Virus record (IMG/VR): IMGVR_UViG_3300013232_000036 | Location: 1-32,000 of that record | DNA length: 32,000 bases | Direction: 5' to 3' (one strand) | Source: a virus | Shown: positions 23,732 through 30,514 of the stretch, piece after piece | How the letters are laid out: every line of letters starts with the position of its first letter | How positions within the stretch are numbered: the first letter of the stretch is position 1 | Made by a program: the position numbers and the translations under genes | Notes under the pieces: generated by a model | Told to the model about the DNA's origin: nothing | What the model saw: only the letters and a program-made list of their open reading frames with translations | Databases searched by the model: none

Positions 23732-23860
23732 ATGCCTGAAACACAGACCCCCTCGGAGACGCAAAACGAGATGTGGGAAGAAGAGAAAGAGGAAGCCCTC
23801 AACGGGAAGACGCAGCCAGACGAGGAAGTGGAAGAAGAGAAGGAAGAGACGAAGCCTTGA
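23732..23860 (+). CDS. small highly acidic protein (42 aa)
   Basis: AGGAG at 23721-23725, 6 nt upstream of the ATG. MPETQTPSETQNEMWEEEKEEALNGKTQPDEEVEEEKEETKP. First gene of the plus-strand cassette. Below the ORF-track size cut-off. Confidence 0.6.
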   Translation: MPETQTPSETQNEMWEEEKEEALNGKTQPDEEVEEEKEETKP

Positions 23861-23943
23861 TGCTCTTCTTCTGGGCGTTCGCCCTCCAGGTATTCACGCT
23901 CACCACCCATCGTCTGATGGTGGCCTGGACCAACATTCGATGA
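23860..23943 (+). CDS. possible 27-aa hydrophobic peptide, translationally coupled (TGATG)
   Basis: MLFFWAFALQVFTLTTHRLMVAWTNIR. The ATG shares its A with the preceding TGA. Its stop overlaps the GAGGAGG site of the next gene. Confidence 0.35.
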   Translation: MLFFWAFALQVFTLTTHRLMVAWTNIR

Positions 23944-23953
23944 GGAGGTAGCC

Positions 23954-24367
23954 GTGGAGCATCCCGTTCGATCAGCATTCTGCCCTCTCTACTTTAGGGC
24001 ACATGGTGGTCAGTTCCTGATCACCAAGCCCTGCTCCGCAGAGACCTTCGTGGTTCGAGGGACTCCCATCTTCAGAGATGGGGTCCTTGGGACGTGCGAC
24101 AGGCCGTTCGACTGTGGAACATGCCCGCTGATGTCCCAGTGGGTCGTAGAGATGGTGGCAGCAGGTTGGACGGTAGGGTGGGAGTGCGACCAGTGTCTCA
24201 AAGACACCCTGCTTGAGGACAAGATCCAGGGAGTTCAGCGTGAGCTCCCTGGGTTCTTCCAATCCTGCCAGCCAGACGATGCAGACAAACCCCCAATCGA
24301 AGGATGCACCCGCTGTGGGTGGCAAACGTCCTTCCTTCAAGTCATTCTGAGGAGGTCAAGTGGCTGA
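23954..24367 (+). CDS. Cys-rich hypothetical protein (137 aa)
   Basis: GTG start with GAGGAGG upstream. Ten Cys, including CDRPFDCGTC, CDQC and CTRC pairs. Confidence 0.6.
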   Translation: MEHPVRSAFCPLYFRAHGGQFLITKPCSAETFVVRGTPIFRDGVLGTCDRPFDCGTCPLMSQWVVEMVAAGWTVGWECDQCLKDTLLEDKIQGVQRELPGFFQSCQPDDADKPPIEGCTRCGWQTSFLQVILRRSSG

Positions 24368-24743
24368 CTGGTTTCTACCTTTTGCACCCCCTCAGCAACC
24401 GCTGCAGGTGCAAGAGCTCGTGCCGGAAGTCAGGTACGAGGCAGAAGAAGAGGAAGTCGAGTACGACCCGACACGCTTCCTGGTGTGCTCTCACTGCCGA
24501 TGCCCGATCGAGTACGGCGAGCAGTGCATGGAGTTCCTGCCGGGTGTCTCGGGTGTAGGTCAGAAGAGTGGACGCCCCACAGTGGTCGACGGGGACAACC
24601 TGGATCACGAACACGCCGTCCTGCACATCGGCTGCATCTACGACTACGTCTTCTGCGTCGAGGAGACCCTCGCGTACCAAGAGGAAGACGAGGTGAAGTA
24701 CTGCGCCGCCTGTGAAGCGAAACTGGATGGGGACGAGGGATGA
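24360..24743 (+). CDS. acidic zinc-ribbon-like hypothetical protein (127 aa)
   Basis: GTG start with GAGGAGG upstream. CSHCRC...C and CAAC pairs. Acidic runs EAEEEEVE and EEDE. Confidence 0.6.
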   Translation: MADWFLPFAPPQQPLQVQELVPEVRYEAEEEEVEYDPTRFLVCSHCRCPIEYGEQCMEFLPGVSGVGQKSGRPTVVDGDNLDHEHAVLHIGCIYDYVFCVEETLAYQEEDEVKYCAACEAKLDGDEG

Positions 24744-24967
24744 ACATCGACCTCAACGACCCCATCTTCAGAACCGACATCGAACATGAAGCTGAGTACG
24801 CAGAGCAGGGGTGGAAGACCTTCTACGCGATGTACTTCCAGCTTCAGAACCAGGGGGCTCCGCCGGAGCTCCTGGAAAGGGTGGTGGAGATCAACCACCT
24901 CTACAAGGAACTTGGCGAGAGACTCGCCGACATCAAGCAGTGTTTCCCTGAAGGAGGGCGACGATGA
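24740..24967 (+). CDS. hypothetical protein (75 aa)
   Basis: ATGA overlap with the previous gene; protein-like composition. Confidence 0.6.
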   Translation: MNIDLNDPIFRTDIEHEAEYAEQGWKTFYAMYFQLQNQGAPPELLERVVEINHLYKELGERLADIKQCFPEGGRR

Positions 24968-25152
24968 GCAAGCAGCCAACCTGGACGGAGAAGTACATGA
25001 AGCACCTGGAGGGGAAGAAGATCGTGAAGACTGGAGTCAGCAAGGACGGCTTCCCCTTCTTCGAGCTGGACGACAAGTCGAAGGTCGAGGTGTCCCGAGA
25101 TGAGGAGGGGAACGGTCCGGGCTTCCTGTTCGGCCTTCCCACTCCGAAGTGA
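24964..25152 (+). CDS. hypothetical protein (62 aa)
   Basis: ATGA overlap with the previous gene. MSKQPTWTEKYMKHLEGKKIVKTGVSKDGFPFFELDD... Confidence 0.55.
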   Translation: MSKQPTWTEKYMKHLEGKKIVKTGVSKDGFPFFELDDKSKVEVSRDEEGNGPGFLFGLPTPK

Positions 25153-25514
25153 ATCTGGAGGAGTTCCTCAAGAAGGCAGTCGAGAGCAACCGGATCCAAT
25201 CCAGAGCTCACCTGCAGGAGCCCGGCTTCTCGGAGCTCTACGTCCGCTACAACTCCAAGCGGTTCATCAACGACACCTGGGTGAGTCCGATCCTGGACCT
25301 GGCCTCCATCGAAGTACCCACGCATCAACGCTGCAAGGGCCGGTTCACGAAGCTCGTGAAGCGCATCCGGAAGGAGCACCCGGACCTGCACCTCTTCGTT
25401 GAGAGCGTCCTCACTCCCCGATTCGAGAAGAAGTTGGAAGCCATGGGCTTCCAGAACCTAGGTGGCATCTGTCCCTGTTTCTACATGCCACCCAAACAGA
25501 AAGGAACGACATGA
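25149..25514 (+). CDS. small GNAT-like acetyltransferase (tentative)
   Basis: GTGA overlap start. LASIEVPTHQRCKGRFTKLVKRI...LFVESVLTPRFEKKLEAMGF resembles the beta4-alpha3 (R/Q-x-x-G-x-G/A) and C-terminal GF blocks of minimal GNATs. Unverified. Confidence 0.55.
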   Translation: MNLEEFLKKAVESNRIQSRAHLQEPGFSELYVRYNSKRFINDTWVSPILDLASIEVPTHQRCKGRFTKLVKRIRKEHPDLHLFVESVLTPRFEKKLEAMGFQNLGGICPCFYMPPKQKGTT

Positions 25515-25912
25515 AGTTGACCAGCGAGAACGTGCAGAGCGTCGTCTTGGACTGCCTCTACTCTGACGAGGAGGTGCAGAAGATCGGTCACGAGAAGCTG
25601 AAGGAGCAGGCGGCCGTGGCGGAGGGCATCACCAGAACCTTCGGGTTCGACCCTGAGCGCCTGAAGAAGCACGAGAAGGACATCGAGGAGATGCTGCTGC
25701 AGCTCCCGGAGACCTTCCTGAAGTCCAAGGGAGGTGGCTGGAGCTTCCTCAACGCCGCCATCGACAAGGACGGCAACCAGTGGGGTGAGCACAGGAGCGT
25801 CGAAGAGCTCATGTGTCTCGGCCTCGCCACCAAGAAGGTCACCATCCCCATGCCCAAGGACATGTGGGGGATGTTCCCCGGTGGCGTTCCCTACTTCACC
25901 GTCGAGCTGTAG
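25511..25912 (+). CDS. hypothetical protein (133 aa)
   Basis: ATGA overlap start; last gene of the plus-strand cassette, followed by a terminator. Confidence 0.65.
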   Translation: MKLTSENVQSVVLDCLYSDEEVQKIGHEKLKEQAAVAEGITRTFGFDPERLKKHEKDIEEMLLQLPETFLKSKGGGWSFLNAAIDKDGNQWGEHRSVEELMCLGLATKKVTIPMPKDMWGMFPGGVPYFTVEL

Positions 25913-25918
25913 CGAGGT

Positions 25919-25941
25919 GAGGGCTTATGCCCTCGCTTCTT
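25919..25941 (+). terminator. rho-independent-type terminator between convergent genes
   Basis: GAGGGC (25919-25924), loop TTAT, GCCCTC (25929-25934), followed by GCTTCTT. Confidence 0.6.
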
Positions 25942-25946
25942 AGCTC

Positions 25947-26294
25947 TCAGGTCACTTCGCCGTTTCGAACGAAGCCGTGCCAGTGACCACTGGCGCTGGC
26001 ATCCACCGACGGCTCGAACGTCATCGTCTCGAAGGTCTCACCGGTGCGCTTCCAGAGGAAGCCTGGCGGCACCTCGAAGGTCTTGAGCTCGTGGACGTGG
26101 TGGTGCTTCTCCTGGAACGTCATGAGCGGCTTGGGGGCCGTGCCGATGGGGTTGGCGAACTGCACCGCCAGCCTGGTCTGCTTCGACGGGTCCGCCAGGC
26201 ACTTCGCACATGGGCAGAGGAAGGTCACACCGTCCTTGTCCGTGCCGAGGCCGGGGACATCGAACCAGCGTGGGTCGAGATCGGTGAACTTCAT
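25947..26294 (-). CDS. Cys/His-rich hypothetical protein (115 aa), possibly zinc-binding
   Basis: CPCAKC plus HHHVH and HWHGFVRNGEV. Directly downstream of the portal gene (2-nt gap). Confidence 0.65.
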   Translation of the reverse strand: MKFTDLDPRWFDVPGLGTDKDGVTFLCPCAKCLADPSKQTRLAVQFANPIGTAPKPLMTFQEKHHHVHELKTFEVPPGFLWKRTGETFETMTFEPSVDASASGHWHGFVRNGEVT

Positions 26295-26296
26295 GA

Positions 26297-28342
26297 CTAC
26301 CCCACAGGGTTCGGACGGCGCGAGGGCTTCTGCTCCGGCAGCGGGCTCTGAGAAGCGTCGAGCGGGTTCTCCTGGCTGCCCTGCTGATCGCGGACGATCT
26401 GCATGACCAGCATGTAGAGCTGCGGATTGGTGGCCTTCATCCGGTTGAGCTCCGTCATCTGGGTCATCTTGTCCTGGTCCTTGAGGGCGTTGGCCGCACG
26501 CTTGGCCAGGTACAGCAGGTTCATGCCGCCGCCCTTCTGGCCCATCGTGATGGGGCTCTGGGCCTCCATTGGGATGCCATCACCAGGGGCCTGCTGGGCG
26601 TTCTCAGTGGAGACTGTCGAGCCCTGCGGCATGGCCGGGTCGACCTGCTGACCTGGCAGCATCTCGCCTTCCTGACCCGTCTGGGGAGCCCCAGGCTGGC
26701 CGCCAGGTGTTCCTGGAAGGGCACCGCCCGCTCCGCCGGCCCCAGGCGCGCCAGGAGCCCCAGGCTGGCCACCCATACCCATGGCCATCTGTTGCTGCTG
26801 CATCTGCATCTGGGCCTTCATCTGAATGGCCTGAGCCTCAGCCTGAGTGTTGGCCTGGGCGATCTGCATCTTCCGCTGGAACTCAAGCTGCTTCGAGAGC
26901 TCCAACTTCTTGCGCTCTTCCTCGACCATGTAGTCCTGGTCGACTTCGTTGAGGAGCGTCTGGTCGGAGATCTTCTGGGCCTGGTTGAGCTGGAAGTAGA
27001 GCGTGGACCGCTGGAGGTCGTCGGCCATCTTGAAGCGCCGCATGTGCGCCTTGATGGGGGTCCACTCCATGAAGTTCGCGATCCGCTTGATGACGAACTG
27101 GTTCAGCATGTTCTCGTGGTCCGTGCGGTACCCGATGAACATGTTCTCCAGCATCCTCATGGAGACGTTGGAGCCCGAGTACGTCAGGCCACCGAAGACG
27201 AACTCCTGAGGCACCCCCATGCCGGCCACGATCTGCTTCGACCAGACGTCCATCTCCTGGTACAGGCCGAGCGCCTTGCCGTCCCCGCCGATGGTCTCGT
27301 TGCCGATGGGCAGCGGCAGGATGGGGATGTAGTTGTTGTCGTACTTCCACTTCGCGATCTCACCCTCCATGCGGCTCTTCCAGCCGTCGAGGGAGACCGT
27401 GGTGTACGGGTCGGAGCTCGCAGAGCCAGCCTGCGGGAAGAGCACACGCAGAGGAACGATGTGCTCCTGGGCAATGGCCTCCTGCGCCTTCCGGAGGATC
27501 TGCAGGTAGAAGGTGTCTTTGAGCACCGGGAAGATGAGCGGCATGCCCCAGCCCTGATCCTTCTGGCTGATGATGGGCCGCTTCATCACGAAGATGTTCT
27601 CCGGTGAGAAGCTGATGAACTTGTTCCTCTTCATGCACTCCACGAAGACATCTGGAATGGTGTCGAGGACAGTCTTCTTCCCCAGCAACATGTCGTTGCG
27701 GAGCTGGAGGGGGATCTCGAAGGTGTAGACGGGATCAGCGCCGGCAAAGCCTGGGTCGACGTTGATGTACTCCGGGTTCCACCGCTGCAGGCGAATGCGG
27801 CGCAGGTCCTTCTCGTAGAAGTCCTGGACCTTGGCGGCCCCGTGGTGATTGCACTTCGTGCACTCGATGATGTAGTCGAGGTTCCGCCACTTGTACGCCG
27901 TCTTGGCCGCCTTCTCCTTGTGGCCGCACTTGCTGCAGATGAGGTACTTGGTGAACGGGAAGTGGATGCTGATCGCACACATCCCGTACGTATAGTAGTC
28001 GAGCCCAACCTCGATCTGGAACGCCCGGTACCGAAGGTGCTGGCCGAGGACTTCCTCCCACCGCTCCTTCTTCACCGGGTCCTGCTCGTCGATGACGATC
28101 TCGGTGATGGGGTACTCGGACATCTTGTGGATGACCGTGTTGATGAGCGGGTTGACCAGGTAGTAGTACCGGCACCAGCGCATCAGCGCCTTCATCGAAG
28201 GCGGCAGGAACGTGTGGCCGATGTCGAAGAAGGGTGAGGGGTAGCGGACACCGGACCGGCTCGTGCCGTCAGCCGTGCGCCCACGCTGGCCGGAGAACCT
28301 GGAAGTCCCCCCGAAGCCCAAGCTGACGTTGTCGAAACTCAT
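26297..28342 (-). CDS. putative portal protein with zinc-ribbon insertion and C-terminal Q/M/G/P low-complexity tract
   Basis: 681 aa. The N-terminal block MKALMRWCRYYYLVNPLINTVIHKMSEYPIT resembles the conserved portal N-terminal block (compare T4 gp20 [30 protein letters not shown], from memory). CSKCGH...CTKCNHHG. QMKAQMQMQQQQMAMGMGGQPGAPGAPGAGGAGG at about nt 26640-26830. Confidence 0.55.
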   Translation of the reverse strand: MSFDNVSLGFGGTSRFSGQRGRTADGTSRSGVRYPSPFFDIGHTFLPPSMKALMRWCRYYYLVNPLINTVIHKMSEYPITEIVIDEQDPVKKERWEEVLGQHLRYRAFQIEVGLDYYTYGMCAISIHFPFTKYLICSKCGHKEKAAKTAYKWRNLDYIIECTKCNHHGAAKVQDFYEKDLRRIRLQRWNPEYINVDPGFAGADPVYTFEIPLQLRNDMLLGKKTVLDTIPDVFVECMKRNKFISFSPENIFVMKRPIISQKDQGWGMPLIFPVLKDTFYLQILRKAQEAIAQEHIVPLRVLFPQAGSASSDPYTTVSLDGWKSRMEGEIAKWKYDNNYIPILPLPIGNETIGGDGKALGLYQEMDVWSKQIVAGMGVPQEFVFGGLTYSGSNVSMRMLENMFIGYRTDHENMLNQFVIKRIANFMEWTPIKAHMRRFKMADDLQRSTLYFQLNQAQKISDQTLLNEVDQDYMVEEERKKLELSKQLEFQRKMQIAQANTQAEAQAIQMKAQMQMQQQQMAMGMGGQPGAPGAPGAGGAGGALPGTPGGQPGAPQTGQEGEMLPGQQVDPAMPQGSTVSTENAQQAPGDGIPMEAQSPITMGQKGGGMNLLYLAKRAANALKDQDKMTQMTELNRMKATNPQLYMLVMQIVRDQQGSQENPLDASQSPLPEQKPSRRPNPVG

Positions 28343-28986
28343 CCTGGCTGCACCTGTCCTGGAGGAACCTGGCTCTGCATCGGGACCTTCTGCTTCTTGC
28401 CCCGGATCTTGTCTAGCACGGTATCAGCACCGCGACCGGCACGGCCGAGAAGATACTCAGCGCCCATGGTGCCTGCGAGAGAGCCAGTGACTCCGTGAGG
28501 AGCTCCGATCAGGCCACCACCCACGTTGCCGATGAACTTGCCGAGACGCTCACCACGACCTACCCCACCGGCCTCTTCTTTGGTCTTCTTGAGCTCCTTC
28601 GCACCGGAGTAGGCACCGTAGGCGGAGAGTCCGAGACCAACCTTGTTCGCGATGCCACCATTGGCAGCGCTTCGCATTTCGAAGTCGAGACCTTGCCTCA
28701 CACCCTTCATCGGGTGGGCGAGCCCCTTGTAGAGCGTCTTGCCGACATTCTCCCCGGTCTCAGCCATCTGCTTCCCGATCCAGCCTGGCGCTGCCTTCGC
28801 ACTGGAGACGATGCGAGTCCCGAGGTTGGTGAGGATGCCGGCCTTCTTGGCCTTCCCAGTAGCCTTGGGCTCTGGAGGCTTGACGATGTCGAGATCCTTG
28901 AGGAGCGCAACGAGACCGCTCCCAGGCGACGCAACGCCGGCTGTCTGAGACAGCTTCTCCATCTCGCTGATGAAGCCAGCCTGCAT
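28339..28986 (-). CDS. leader-motif protein D, Gly-rich
   Basis: The track start is TTG 29019. ATG 28986 gives MQAGFISEMEKLSQTAG (motif at nt 28948-28974), placing the motif near the N-terminus as in the paralogous leaders. Gly-rich segments GGLIGAPHGVTGSLAGTMG. Confidence 0.6.
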   Translation of the reverse strand: MQAGFISEMEKLSQTAGVASPGSGLVALLKDLDIVKPPEPKATGKAKKAGILTNLGTRIVSSAKAAPGWIGKQMAETGENVGKTLYKGLAHPMKGVRQGLDFEMRSAANGGIANKVGLGLSAYGAYSGAKELKKTKEEAGGVGRGERLGKFIGNVGGGLIGAPHGVTGSLAGTMGAEYLLGRAGRGADTVLDKIRGKKQKVPMQSQVPPGQVQPG

Positions 28987-29000
28987 CGCGTTGGAGATCC

Positions 29001-29933
29001 TCACGGGGCCCCCAGCCAAGACTTCAGGGTCACGATCTGCTCTGCGAGCTGCTTCCTCCTGAGGTTCATGTAGTCACGAGCCACCAGCAGCTTGGCCACC
29101 TGGATGTCGACCTCGTTCTCTTCGAGATCGATCTTGGCGATGGGGTCGTTCTTCACCATCTCCCAGCGGGCCTGCACGGCTGCAGGATCATGCTTGAGGA
29201 GCAGGGTCATGTTCTTCCCACGCCCAGCGTTCATGAGCTCCTGCTTGGGCTTCATCGAGAGGCCCTGCTCGGCACTGTACTTCTCGGTGCAGGTGTCGCA
29301 GACCCCGTCGTGGAAGAGAGCCGAGTCCTCATGACCGCAGTCGTTGCAGTGGTAGTAGGGCTGGCTGACCTCAGGCTGCAGGAAGTCGAGAGGGGCTGGG
29401 ACGAAGGTGACGTCCTCCTCCAGAACCGCAGAGGCCATGTACAGCTTCACCTCTGGCTGGAACTCCTGGATGCGGATGTGCTCCAACATGTCCATCGCGG
29501 CGTAGAGCTGCTCCAGCGACGGTACCTGCATCACCGCCCAGCGTGGAACGTGACCGTTCAACCCCTGAACGATCTTCTCCATGACGTGCCAGAACTCCCA
29601 CGGAGCTCCTGAGACGTGGAGCGTCTTGAGGGTCTGGACCTTCGCCCGGTTCACCTCGGAGATGTTCATCTGGAAGACGCGCTGAACCTCAGCCCAGAGA
29701 GTCTCAGCCTCCCAGCCGTACCACCCCAGGCCGAAGGCCTTGAGGAGGGCGAAGTCGATGACCACCGGGTGCGTGTCCTGGTGGGTGAAGAGGTTCCGCA
29801 GAGTGACGGCGTTGCCGGCGTCCGGGTTCCCCTCTTCGAGGTCCTTCTCGATGGCAGAACCTTCGAGAGATGCCGTCGGCTTCACCGACTCAGCACCCTT
29901 GAGCCTGTCGAAGAGTTCTTGCTCTGGCGTCAT
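29001..29933 (-). CDS. hypothetical protein with CxxC...CxxC zinc-ribbon-like element (310 aa)
   Basis: YYHCNDCGHEDSALFHDGVCDTCTEKY; otherwise no recognisable motif. Confidence 0.7.
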   Translation of the reverse strand: MTPEQELFDRLKGAESVKPTASLEGSAIEKDLEEGNPDAGNAVTLRNLFTHQDTHPVVIDFALLKAFGLGWYGWEAETLWAEVQRVFQMNISEVNRAKVQTLKTLHVSGAPWEFWHVMEKIVQGLNGHVPRWAVMQVPSLEQLYAAMDMLEHIRIQEFQPEVKLYMASAVLEEDVTFVPAPLDFLQPEVSQPYYHCNDCGHEDSALFHDGVCDTCTEKYSAEQGLSMKPKQELMNAGRGKNMTLLLKHDPAAVQARWEMVKNDPIAKIDLEENEVDIQVAKLLVARDYMNLRRKQLAEQIVTLKSWLGAP

Positions 29934-29935
29934 GT

Positions 29936-30514
29936 TCAGACCGTCTTGAAGATCGAGAGGGCCCCCAGGACGAGAGGGCCGGCAGAACCGTGCTTCCCGA
30001 AGGTCGACACCGCCTTGCCGACGAACCCCTTGGGGGTGATGCCCTTGGCGGCCAGGGCGGCCCGCCCTGCCTTCAGGTGCTCCATCGTGAAGGCAGGCTT
30101 CTTCAGCGCCTGCTGAGCCTGCTGGCTGACGTGGGTGCCGAAGTTGGCAGCACGGGTACCGCCTTCAGCGGCGTGGACCGCTCCTGTGGTGGGGTTCCAG
30201 ATGTCGGCTGCGCCCTTCTTGACGGAGGCATGCTTGATCGCCCCGAGGGCGGCACGGAGCTTCCCACCCTTGACCGCACCCTTCGCTGCGTCCCTCATGC
30301 CGGAGTAGATCTTGTGGGCTGAGGAGCCGGCCAGGACTCCGAGACCACCCAGCTCTGCTGCGTGGGTGCCCTTCTCGGACATCTCCTTGCCACGCATCTT
30401 CTGGATGGTCGGAGCGGCCAGGATGCCGAGCCCTGCGATGTCGACCGCTGAGTGGTAGGCGAGCTTCTCCAGCTCATCTCTGAATGCAGTGAGGGTGACG
30501 GCGTGCATGGTCAC
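29936..30514 (-). CDS. leader-motif protein C, Gly/Ala/Lys-rich
   Basis: N-terminus MTMHAVTLTAFRDELEKLAYHS (motif at nt 30458-30484). Hydrophobic Gly-rich AGLGILAAP and LGGLGVLAGSS. Its start overlaps the upstream stop (ATGA). Confidence 0.65.
   Translation of the reverse strand: MTMHAVTLTAFRDELEKLAYHSAVDIAGLGILAAPTIQKMRGKEMSEKGTHAAELGGLGVLAGSSAHKIYSGMRDAAKGAVKGGKLRAALGAIKHASVKKGAADIWNPTTGAVHAAEGGTRAANFGTHVSQQAQQALKKPAFTMEHLKAGRAALAAKGITPKGFVGKAVSTFGKHGSAGPLVLGALSIFKTV

Noticed and set aside
23656-23910. 84-aa minus-strand ORF in the RNAP/cassette intergenic region
   Set aside because: It is the Ser-rich antisense translation of the Glu-rich plus-strand ORF. It has no ribosome-binding site, whereas the plus-strand 42-aa ORF has AGGAG-N6-ATG and is chained to downstream genes.
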